Below the pieces are notes generated by a model that was not told where the DNA came from, did no database searches, and worked only from the letters and a program-made list of their open reading frames with translations. A program made the translations under genes and the position numbers. Below are positions 1 to 7,141 of a DNA stretch of 7,995 nt, in pieces. The stretch's first letter is position 1, and each line of letters begins with the position of its first letter. The stretch lies in the IMG/VR virus record IMGVR_UViG_2740892422_000008; one strand, given 5' to 3'. This stretch comes from a virus. Lineage: Duplodnaviria > Heunggongvirae > Uroviricota > Caudoviricetes.

Positions 1-1236
1 CTACGATAACCGCGCATTCAACATAGCTACCTGTTCGTCGTTCATGTCATCAATCCACATACCGTAAATTTCATACACCATCTGCGCAGTTTCATGCCCC
101 ATCTGGCTGGCTATAAATGCCGGGTTCGCTCCTGCCGTCAACAGCCAGCAGGCAAAAGTATGTCGCGTATGGTACGGATTACGGCGGCGAATACCAGCAC
201 GTTTTACTGCTGCATTCCATCTCGCACCCAAACTGCTTACCGAGTAATAAGGTTTCTGTTTTCCGTTACACATCCTGGGCATGAAAACAAAATGCAGTTT
301 TTGCTTTTCAGTTCTGCCGTACTCCCGATGATAAAAAGTGATTTCGCTTTTGCGATGATGCCCGGTCAGTTTGTATTGCTCCTTCAGTGCTTCAAGAGCT
401 GGCTGTAGTAGTGTTACCGTCCGGATCCCCGCATTTGTTTTTGGGGGACCGAACATATCAAGTATCGTCAGGTTTCTTCTGACATTCACAATTCCCTTCT
501 CGAAATCCACATCCTCCCACGCCAGAGCTGCCAGTTCCCCGTGACGAAGCCCGGAGTAAACGGCAAATTTCCACAAGTTCTGGCTCTGTCCTTTTTCACT
601 TTCCATTAATGCATTGAATTCTGTTTTAGATAACGGGTCAGGCTTTATTCTGTTTCGCTGTAATTTTTTTACTCCTTCAAATGGTTTGGTTGATATAAAT
701 CCCGACTGATACGCAAAACGTAACAACGAACAGAGCAGGGCGATATAGTTATCAACTGTGCGCACGGTTCTTCCTTTTTTGTTGGTTCTTGGATTATCCA
801 GGTAAAGCGTTTCTCCATGCAGCAGTTCATTCCGGTAGTTTAAGATATCGCTATAACGAATATGCGATATCGGGGTACTCTCACAAATTATTATCCTGAG
901 TGTTTTTAATTGTGATTTCGTTTTCTTCATTGTGTTTGTTGTTAACTCTGTCTCTTTAATTTTTGTCCAGATATCACAAAGCTCCCCGAACGTTTTTATG
1001 ACCCTCGTTGTCACCATTTTTGCCCCAGTGCTGGACTGGGGAAAACGTCTTAAATACTCAAATTCACCGGAATTGATTTCATGAACTATCAACGCTCTTA
1101 AATTCCCGGCTTTTTTAATGTTACTGTTAGTAACCTCCCAGCCTTTCAATGTTTCCCGACATCGTTTTCCTCGAAACATGAACCAGATGCGAATGTATTT
1201 ACCTCGAATCTCGACACCTGTTGGTAATTTAGACAT
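1..1236 (-). CDS. intR: Tyrosine-type site-specific integrase, Rac prophage IntR-like (411 aa, complete; stop codon at 1-3)
   Basis: Full-length minus-strand ORF with ATG at 1234-1236. The translation matches Rac IntR as I recall it (MSKLPTGVEIRG...). C-terminal catalytic signature of tyrosine recombinases is visible (H-x-x-R in NPYHTRHTF, tyrosine in the VYEIYGMW region). Start sits 1 nt from the xis stop, the usual xis-int arrangement. Confidence 0.92.
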   Translation of the reverse strand: MSKLPTGVEIRGKYIRIWFMFRGKRCRETLKGWEVTNSNIKKAGNLRALIVHEINSGEFEYLRRFPQSSTGAKMVTTRVIKTFGELCDIWTKIKETELTTNTMKKTKSQLKTLRIIICESTPISHIRYSDILNYRNELLHGETLYLDNPRTNKKGRTVRTVDNYIALLCSLLRFAYQSGFISTKPFEGVKKLQRNRIKPDPLSKTEFNALMESEKGQSQNLWKFAVYSGLRHGELAALAWEDVDFEKGIVNVRRNLTILDMFGPPKTNAGIRTVTLLQPALEALKEQYKLTGHHRKSEITFYHREYGRTEKQKLHFVFMPRMCNGKQKPYYSVSSLGARWNAAVKRAGIRRRNPYHTRHTFACWLLTAGANPAFIASQMGHETAQMVYEIYGMWIDDMNDEQVAMLNARLS

Positions 1237-1237
1237 A

Positions 1238-1453
1238 TCATGAGTCTTTGATAAACTGATTTATCTTTGGATAGTTGTACCAGATAATCCCTCGCTTACT
1301 GTCTGGTTTCCCTAAAGGAGATACTCGTTTGAAGTGGAAGCCTTCCACCCAACAGTTCTGGCGGTATGCTTCAATTTGTCTGGCCCCCAGACCAGTGCGA
1401 AGCATCAGGCCGTATTCAACCATCCACTCTTCATTAAAGATTACTTGTGCCAT
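1238..1453 (-). CDS. xisR: Excisionase-like protein (Rac XisR/YdaQ-like), 71 aa
   Basis: ORF immediately upstream of and co-oriented with int. I chose the ATG at 1451-1453 ([15 protein letters not shown]...) because it is preceded by GAGGTG at about 6 nt spacing; the track start at 1477 is a TTG extension. Sequence matches my recollection of K-12 YdaQ. Confidence 0.8.
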   Translation of the reverse strand: MAQVIFNEEWMVEYGLMLRTGLGARQIEAYRQNCWVEGFHFKRVSPLGKPDSKRGIIWYNYPKINQFIKDS

Positions 1454-1504
1454 CGCATCACCTCTGGCAGGCGCCAATGTTAGACTGAAATTGACGCCCG
1501 ATGT

Positions 1505-1520
1505 TGATTATTAATAATCA
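1505..1520. promoter_or_regulatory. Perfect 16-bp AT-rich palindrome TGATTATTAATAATCA in the ydaC-xis spacer (candidate dimeric regulator binding site)
   Basis: Exact dyad symmetry read directly from the sequence, centred 52-67 bp upstream of the xis start codon. Confidence 0.3.
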
Positions 1521-1552
1521 GCTATGAAGTTTTAATTTGAATACAATGCAAT

Positions 1553-1753
1553 TCACGACGACTGAAGTTTCTCGCAATTAAAATTTATCAGTTTTACTTT
1601 CTGCTCTCTGGAAATGCCTGCTTCTTTTTTACCTGAGAGCATTTTTTCGCATTCTGATTTGGTTAATTTTGTTTTTGAGTACCTTGTCCAGTTAGTAGGA
1701 GTGCCACCTTCCTTTTCAATAGTGGCGGTAATTTTATACATGAACACCTCCAT
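1553..1753 (-). CDS. ydaC: YdaC-like small prophage protein of unknown function
   Basis: Minus-strand ORF (…MEVFMYKITATIEKEGGTPTNWTRYSKTKLTKSECEK…) resembling Rac YdaC from memory. Start is ambiguous: ATG at 1753 (66 aa), ATG at 1741 (62 aa, preceded by GGAGG at 5 nt spacing), or ATG at 1813 (86 aa, overlaps ralR by 80 nt). The 3' end of ralR overlaps the 5' region. Confidence 0.65.
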   Translation of the reverse strand: MEVFMYKITATIEKEGGTPTNWTRYSKTKLTKSECEKMLSGKKEAGISREQKVKLINFNCEKLQSS

Positions 1754-1928
1754 TATTATTTCCAGTGGTTCGTTTATTCCATCGTTCGAGTGCTTCTTTT
1801 TCACTTCCACCATAGCCGGTTCGGGATTCGCATCCGTTACACTTCGCGCGGTAATATCCTGAAATGGCTTTCACCGTTACTGATGGACAACCACAAAAAG
1901 GGCATGGTTTGACTTTTTCATACCGCAT
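1734..1928 (-). CDS. ralR: RalR (Lar) restriction-alleviation protein / type I toxin DNase, 64 aa
   Basis: MRYEKVKPCPFCGCPSVTVKAISGYYRAKCNGCESRTGYGGSEKEALERWNKRTTGNNNGGVHV matches my recollection of K-12 RalR. Two CxxC pairs (CPFCGC … CNGC) form a zinc-ribbon-like motif. The track start at 1943 adds 5 aa; the K-12-like start is the ATG at 1928. Confidence 0.85.
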   Translation of the reverse strand: MRYEKVKPCPFCGCPSVTVKAISGYYRAKCNGCESRTGYGGSEKEALERWNKRTTGNNNGGVHV

Positions 1929-1991
1929 TGTCTTTTCTCTCATAAAATAAAATTTTGTGATGGCGGTGAGGCTACACCGCCAAAGTAAATA

Positions 1992-3044
1992 TCAGGAGCC
2001 GATATATTCTGGTTTCATATCTGTCAGTGTCGTTTTATACGCCTCATATAATTCACCCAGATGTGGCCGGGCAGCATTCAGCGTATTTTCCAGAGCAGTA
2101 AATTTTTGTTCTGCTTCTGGATCACCTGAAGAAGGTAGGTCATTTATCATCTTCTCGATACGGGCAATAGCATTGAGACGGTGATGACGCTGAACCACTT
2201 TTCCTTTAAGTTCCGTATAGAGAGCGCCAAGTGTATTTTTATGATCTTCCACTTCCTGGCGAAGTGCTGTTGTTTCCCCGGTGCTTTGTGCCTGCTCAAT
2301 ACGTTCACGGAAAGCATCGATCCAGTTTTCCCCGGCATCCTGCTCAATAATTGTTGTTTCACGTTCCGCGCGGCAAGCGGAAGTGTTTTTATGTTCCTGA
2401 ACCGGATTAATGATTTTTTCCTGTGGCTCGTCCAGTTCGTCCCTGGTGTACACTCCAAGAATCACTTCGGGGCAATAAAGGCGCGCCCAGCGTTTCAGCG
2501 CCAGATAGGCAAGCTGCTGGCGAGGATCGTCGGCCCATAGCGTTGAATTACGTGTTCTGGCCTGCGCCAGAAGTAATTCCAGTACGCGTGGTTTACTTTC
2601 GCCGCGTAGTGTTGCCTGGACACGAACACCGATCCCGTTTTCATCGGCCAGCTTCCAGCCAGGTACACGATATTCTTTCCCTTTGTCGCTCTTCCTGATT
2701 TCAAATTTCCCGATAATTTTTTCCCACGGCCCGAACCAGTCATATTCAATACGCCCGGTTAGCGGCCCACGAGTACTGATTACGGCATTAACCAGTTGCG
2801 CTTCATATCCGAGCACACCATTCACAACGAAAGTTTTCTGAGCTACTGCGTAAGGGTTCATTTGCCACTGCATCGCCTGCATGGTGATGGCCATGCAGTC
2901 TGATGGATTTCCCCGGAGGTGTTCCGGTACAGTAGCCATGCCGGAAGCCATTACCTGGGAAAATGTCTGAATTGCAGCCAGGGACTGAGGGCTGAAAACC
3001 GCAACATTAGAGTTAATATTTTCTTGTTGAGTTAATTCGTTCAT
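1992..3044 (-). CDS. Phage single-strand annealing protein, Bet/Redbeta-like (RecT/Redbeta superfamily), 350 aa, with a ~130-aa helical C-terminal extension
   Basis: ATG at 3042-3044 preceded by GAGGAAGG, 11 nt downstream of the exonuclease stop (translationally coupled pair). Core motifs align by eye to lambda Bet: GNPSDCMAITMQAMQWQMNPY…VNGVLGYE versus GDASDAQFIALLIVANQYGLNPW…VVGVDGW, and KRWARLYCPEVILGVYTRDELDE versus KRMLRHKAMIQCARLAFGFAGIYDKDEAE. It is not the K-12 RecT sequence as I recall it. Confidence 0.72.
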   Translation of the reverse strand: MNELTQQENINSNVAVFSPQSLAAIQTFSQVMASGMATVPEHLRGNPSDCMAITMQAMQWQMNPYAVAQKTFVVNGVLGYEAQLVNAVISTRGPLTGRIEYDWFGPWEKIIGKFEIRKSDKGKEYRVPGWKLADENGIGVRVQATLRGESKPRVLELLLAQARTRNSTLWADDPRQQLAYLALKRWARLYCPEVILGVYTRDELDEPQEKIINPVQEHKNTSACRAERETTIIEQDAGENWIDAFRERIEQAQSTGETTALRQEVEDHKNTLGALYTELKGKVVQRHHRLNAIARIEKMINDLPSSGDPEAEQKFTALENTLNAARPHLGELYEAYKTTLTDMKPEYIGS

Positions 3045-3055
3045 TGTGTCCTTCC

Positions 3056-6000
3056 TCAGATGCTCAGTGCTTCAAGACGACGAAGATCAAAGTCGTTTAA
3101 TTCGTCGGTATAACTTTCGGTAATCGGTGCTGGCCAGTTGTTTGTCTCCAGGGCTTCGTTTATCTGGCGTAGCGTCCGGCGATATTCCTGTCGACCAAGT
3201 TCCAGGAGTTCCTGCGAGGCTTCCACGACTGCCACCCAGTGATAGCCAGCATCTTTGTTGACGAAGATCCAGAAAAATTTGTCCAGATTTGCCACATCGC
3301 AATACATTGCTGCGCTGAGGTGATAATCACGCTCAATAATTTCACGGTGCAGGCGATCTTTCAGTCGTTCCTGTCGCACATAACCGAGGCTGACTGACTT
3401 CACGTCGGCGCAAATGCTTTCGTATGGCAGCCGGATTTCGATATCAGGACGGACCCTGATTTCCAGCCCGGTTTCTTCATCAAACCCGAAATAGCTGATT
3501 TCAGATTTGCGATCCGGGTGGTTGAGTAGCCTTGCTGCATCAGTATTGTTTTGCAGTGCAGCGTGAATATTTTTTGCCTGTTCATACATATCTGAACTGA
3601 TAAACGTTTTCCCGGCGTTTTCTTCTTGCTGGCGTTTTTGCCAGTCCTCCAGGGTAACCAGTTCCGGGCGGATTTTCCGAGCGATTTCGGTTAATTGCTC
3701 TTTCGTGCCACTGATGTTGTAAGGCAAAGATTTAGCACGTTCTTTTTTCGCCAGTTCTGGATCTACAGTTTCAATTTGCTCCAGAAGTTGCTCCCGTGTT
3801 CCACTGGTTTTCAACAGAGGAGGGAGGTTTGCATTGTATTCTCTAATGCAGGCTTTCATTGCCGATGCAGTATGTTTCTCCTCCTCCGGAATACGCCGGA
3901 ATTCCACCGGAAGCGAACCGTAAAGGATGCCTGTTTCTTCGGCTCCAGCACTTACAGACAGTGGCTGTATAAGAGTGCTGTTGTAGCTTTCGATCCACTC
4001 TTTCATCTGCTCTGGTGTCATCAGTGCTGGCAGACTGGCATTGTGTTTTTTAATGATGGCGATCAGTTCGCTAGAAGTAGTAACCACATATTCAGGAACT
4101 GGTACCGGAATGGCATATTCATCAGCGAATTTATCCGTTTCCAGAACATAGCTGTGAATGATCCGCCCACGCAGCAGTGCATCACTTTCCTCGTTCGGAA
4201 TAGTTCCGGCAATGTGCCGTCCGTGGTAATACATCAGGCTGATACGGGCATCCTTCAGCATCGTGCTGCTTATTCCGTTGGCGGAGTGATAAACCTCGTT
4301 CGGGAGGTTTTCATAGCGGCCAGGCTCGAAATATGACGGCCACATGATTTCAGTTGCTACAGGAGCTGACGCTTCACCAGTTTCATCACTGCAATCACGA
4401 TGCGGATCGCTGCCAGCATTCTCATTGTGCGGATGTTCAGCGCCTTCCATTTCCACCGGATCTTTTTCCTTAGCTTCAACCTGATTCTCTTCATCGAATG
4501 TTTCCTGGTATGTTGCGTCGCCCGTCACCGCCCCACAGTCAGGGCAGTTATCTCCGCCAGTCTGACCGCAGGCATTGCAGACTATTTCCGGTTCCTGTTG
4601 CACTACTGGCTCAGGTTGTTTCACATCCGGGCTGGTTTTTTCCGTTTCTGGCTGGTTCTGGTACACAGAATCGCGAGTCTGGATCCCCTTAACCCATTTC
4701 GGATCGTTCGGGTCGCTAATTCCGTCAACAAATTCACCACGTGATGCAGCAAGCAATTTATCGGCATCGACAGGATTTTTTGATGGAATGTTTTTCCGGG
4801 CTTCATGGAGTTCTGCCCGCAGTTCCTGATATTTCGCATCAACAGAATTTACCGGTGACTGAGCATCCAGCGGCTGCGTGTCCTGATGATGTTTAGTTGC
4901 GTCCGGTTCCATTGTTTCAGCCTCTCCCTGTTCATCTGCCGTTGTTCCAGATGGTTGCGGTTTTTCTTCATCATCCTGTTTTCCTTCTTCTGTTACTCGC
5001 TGCGGCATCGGGGCAGAGGAGCGACCGCAGGCAATATCCACGATTTCCGGATCAGGGTTGGCATGATCGGTTTCAGTCAGTACTTTGTTCAGATATTCAG
5101 TGACGTGCGCGGGGGTGACCTCGATCCCAATTGGTGCTTCTTTTACGGACGCAACCACGATGGCGCGGGAATAATCCAGCCCGCCAGGCATGGTGATGAA
5201 TTTGTCGCGGAAAACAGAAAAGGGCGGTTTATTTTCAGCGATAATTTCCTCAATGCGTTTAGCGTGTGCCGGATGAAGGTTATAGATGTCCAGATCCATT
5301 GAACGGGCCAGTACGCCAGTGGCTACGTCGCGCGCCAGTGACGTCAGATCGTGTACGAAACCTTCGCCGCGATCGGTGAGGTTTCCGCCGCCAGCATTAG
5401 CACCGGAAGCCGTGCGAGTGATGTGTGAAACACGATTACCCTTCATCCACTCTTTTGTCAGCAGTCCTCGATCGGTGTAGTCAGCGTTCAGGTATGCTTC
5501 GAAAAAAGCAGTTATCAGTCCCAGGTTTGAATTACCAGGATTAGGGAAAACTTTGTCAGTGTCACGAACCAGTTTGTGGAGTTCGCGAATTTCCAGCGGG
5601 GCGAGCAGGCTGGTTTTGTGGGAAACAGCCAGGGCAGTAACAGCCGGTAGTTCTTCAGCCCGAGCAATGTGTAATGCCTGGAGTCCGTCGCGTGAAACGT
5701 GCGTTACCGGTTTTTCGCTGCCGTGTTGAGCAAGCCAACGAATGGGCAGTTCCTGGCCAGAAATTGGGAGTAGCATATTCTCCTCAATCTCAGTCATGTC
5801 TTCGCCGTTGACGTTGGTATTGCCTTGATAGTGAGCGTTGTCTGGTGCTGCTCCCGGTTTTAGTTCCCATGTCATGGAGTCTTTGCTGAGTTGATAGCGT
5901 TCACTCCAGGTAAAATCGATCTCACCTTCAGCGGGCAGGTCATTAACGACAGGAAAATTCGTGGCAACAGCTTTAAAATAGCTGCTCAGTTTTTTACCTG

Positions 6001-6127
6001 ACTTAACGATCAGGTAGTCCAGAGTGGCACAGGTCGATTCAAAATCGTCACTTGCCCACAGGACGACGTCAGGTTCACCGGATGATTTTTTCGCTTTCCG
6101 TAACAGGAAGAGTGGTTTTGTGCTCAT
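3056..6127 (-). CDS. recE: Exodeoxyribonuclease VIII (RecE-family 5'-3' dsDNA exonuclease), 1023 aa; N-terminal ~585 aa K-12 RecE-like, C-terminal PD-(D/E)XK domain divergent with a repeat insertion
   Basis: ATG at 6125-6127 with GAGGT upstream. N-terminus [26 protein letters not shown]… matches K-12 RecE from memory. The C-terminal domain keeps RecE-type motifs (YH…GIS.S.L.D; IRVRPDIE…ADVK matching the RPD…DVK catalytic core) but is otherwise divergent. Confidence 0.88.
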   Translation of the reverse strand: MSTKPLFLLRKAKKSSGEPDVVLWASDDFESTCATLDYLIVKSGKKLSSYFKAVATNFPVVNDLPAEGEIDFTWSERYQLSKDSMTWELKPGAAPDNAHYQGNTNVNGEDMTEIEENMLLPISGQELPIRWLAQHGSEKPVTHVSRDGLQALHIARAEELPAVTALAVSHKTSLLAPLEIRELHKLVRDTDKVFPNPGNSNLGLITAFFEAYLNADYTDRGLLTKEWMKGNRVSHITRTASGANAGGGNLTDRGEGFVHDLTSLARDVATGVLARSMDLDIYNLHPAHAKRIEEIIAENKPPFSVFRDKFITMPGGLDYSRAIVVASVKEAPIGIEVTPAHVTEYLNKVLTETDHANPDPEIVDIACGRSSAPMPQRVTEEGKQDDEEKPQPSGTTADEQGEAETMEPDATKHHQDTQPLDAQSPVNSVDAKYQELRAELHEARKNIPSKNPVDADKLLAASRGEFVDGISDPNDPKWVKGIQTRDSVYQNQPETEKTSPDVKQPEPVVQQEPEIVCNACGQTGGDNCPDCGAVTGDATYQETFDEENQVEAKEKDPVEMEGAEHPHNENAGSDPHRDCSDETGEASAPVATEIMWPSYFEPGRYENLPNEVYHSANGISSTMLKDARISLMYYHGRHIAGTIPNEESDALLRGRIIHSYVLETDKFADEYAIPVPVPEYVVTTSSELIAIIKKHNASLPALMTPEQMKEWIESYNSTLIQPLSVSAGAEETGILYGSLPVEFRRIPEEEKHTASAMKACIREYNANLPPLLKTSGTREQLLEQIETVDPELAKKERAKSLPYNISGTKEQLTEIARKIRPELVTLEDWQKRQQEENAGKTFISSDMYEQAKNIHAALQNNTDAARLLNHPDRKSEISYFGFDEETGLEIRVRPDIEIRLPYESICADVKSVSLGYVRQERLKDRLHREIIERDYHLSAAMYCDVANLDKFFWIFVNKDAGYHWVAVVEASQELLELGRQEYRRTLRQINEALETNNWPAPITESYTDELNDFDLRRLEALSI

Positions 6128-6199
6128 TGTTTTTTAACCTCAACTCAGATTAAAATTCGTTTTGTTCAGTGAATGATCTTGCCGGATACACACTGTTCA

Positions 6200-6222
6200 T
6201 AGCCTGCGCCATACGCAGGCTA
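6200..6222. other. Perfect 9-bp stem / 5-nt loop hairpin in the racC-recE intergenic spacer
   Basis: TAGCCTGCG ccata CGCAGGCTA. Followed on the plus strand by TTTCTTTC, but not by a U-tract on the minus (gene) strand. Confidence 0.3.
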
Positions 6223-6228
6223 TTTCTT

Positions 6229-6504
6229 TCAGATTTCACCTTTTAATTTCATTGCAATCAGAGTTGCCAGAAATCCGGCTTTTTTTTCTGCGGGCAGATT
6301 CTTTCCGATATGCACCAGGCTCATTTTTTTGACACCTTCGTGAAGTGTTTTAACGTTGCCTGATGGACCGTCGATATCAACTACAGTGAATGGGGTTTCT
6401 TTATTTTCTGTTTTAATCACGTAGCCAATACGCTTTCCTTCCAGATTAACTTCGTGAACAATGTCATCAGTAGTTACAACAGTGGCTTCATAACTGGTAA
6501 TCAT
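6229..6504 (-). CDS. racC: RacC prophage protein, 91 aa
   Basis: MITSYEATVVTTDDIVHEVNLEGKRIGYVIKTENKETPFTVVDIDGPSGNVKTL… matches K-12 RacC from memory. ATG at 6502-6504 is preceded by AAGGAG; the track start at 6552 is an upstream extension. Confidence 0.88.
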   Translation of the reverse strand: MITSYEATVVTTDDIVHEVNLEGKRIGYVIKTENKETPFTVVDIDGPSGNVKTLHEGVKKMSLVHIGKNLPAEKKAGFLATLIAMKLKGEI

Positions 6505-6578
6505 GTTTTTCTCCTTAATTAAGGTTGAGCGAATCCCTGCCATTGCTGGCATAAATTCAGTTTCGCATAGTCAGTTAA

Positions 6579-6749
6579 TTAAAGTTCGTGTGCCATCTGG
6601 TCTTTTTCGGCACATATTTCACTACAATATTTTTTCATTTCCGTCGTTGGGATAACTCCACGCATGAAATGAAGTGGTCTTTTAATGCTTTTGCTTTCTT
6701 TAACTTCTTTATCGCAAAGGTGGTAAGCACATTTTATTTTCTTAGTCAT
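6579..6749 (-). CDS. ydaE: YdaE-like small Cys4 zinc-binding protein, 56 aa (absent from the ORF track, below its size cut-off)
   Basis: Manual translation of the minus strand gives [56 protein letters not shown], stop TAA at 6579-6581. Cys pairs C7/C12 and C42/C46. Its ATG (6747-6749) overlaps the kilR stop as ATGA, indicating translational coupling. Position between kilR and racC matches the Rac gene order. Confidence 0.8.
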   Translation of the reverse strand: MTKKIKCAYHLCDKEVKESKSIKRPLHFMRGVIPTTEMKKYCSEICAEKDQMAHEL

Positions 6750-6970
6750 CACCATGACTCCGCCTTTACAGGTAAACCATCACGACCGAGGAAGACTTTA
6801 ATCATGCAGTCAGTAATGCATGTTTTTGTGGTCAGGTTACGAATATAAAGCTTTCGCTTTTTAATATTGTTTGCCGAGGCAATATATGTCCGGCCTTCAT
6901 GAAGAACATAATCGCCAGGAGTCACACACTGACGTGGTATTTCATCAGTTCCGAAGTGATGTGCAATCAT
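6749..6970 (-). CDS. kilR: KilR, Rac prophage cell-division (FtsZ) inhibitor, 73 aa
   Basis: [73 protein letters not shown] matches K-12 KilR from memory. ATG at 6968-6970 is preceded by GGAG at ~7 nt; the track start at 6982 adds 4 aa without a good RBS. Confidence 0.9.
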   Translation of the reverse strand: MIAHHFGTDEIPRQCVTPGDYVLHEGRTYIASANNIKKRKLYIRNLTTKTCITDCMIKVFLGRDGLPVKAESW

Positions 6971-7141
6971 AATTATCTCCATTTTTACAAATGAACTTTG
7001 TTGATGCGGTGCCTGGTGCCTCCAGGTGACTGCAACCAGTTAACAATTACAGTCGGCTTTCCCACCCAAACCAATAAGGACTAACATGACTTTTAACTGT
7101 GCCACGTGCGCTTAGCCGCATTCACCGCATCACAAAACTCA

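Noticed and set aside
94-408. Plus-strand 104-aa ORF inside the integrase gene
   Set aside because: Antisense to the integrase CDS, with no ribosome-binding site and no recognisable protein features.
1454-1477. Longer N-terminal extensions offered by the ORF track for xis (1477), ralR (1943), racC (6552), kilR (6982) and sieB (7289)
   Set aside because: The extensions start at TTG/GTG or at ATGs without an RBS. The downstream ATGs have good Shine-Dalgarno sequences and give the lengths I recall for the K-12 homologs (71, 64, 91, 73 and 162 aa).
1505-1520. Calling the 16-bp palindrome a Fur box
   Set aside because: It only loosely fits the 7-1-7 Fur consensus (two half-site mismatches and a 2-nt spacer) and no iron-related gene is nearby. 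Reported as a generic palindrome instead.
2147-2749. ORFs at 2147-2458 (-), 2181-2540 (+), 2423-2698 (+) and 2495-2749 (-) overlapping the bet-like gene
   Set aside because: Alternative-frame or antisense ORFs within a CDS that has clear family motifs; no independent translation signals.
3695-5302. Several plus-strand ORFs of 64-213 aa (3695-4336, 4400-4744, 4498-4692, 4575-4829, 4886-5302, 4897-5103) inside the exonuclease gene
   Set aside because: They lie entirely antisense to a long, well-supported CDS. Their translations are low-complexity (rich in F, R, C and W) and lack start codons with ribosome-binding sites. These are typical shadow ORFs.
6181-6222. REP (repetitive extragenic palindrome) element in the racC-recE spacer
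   Set aside because: GCCGGATACA resembles the start of a REP sequence, but the rest does not match the REP consensus. The hairpin is better described as a local stem-loop.
6588-6848. Plus-strand 86-aa ORF antisense to ydaE and the 3' end of kilR
   Set aside because: Entirely antisense to two well-supported small genes and has no RBS.
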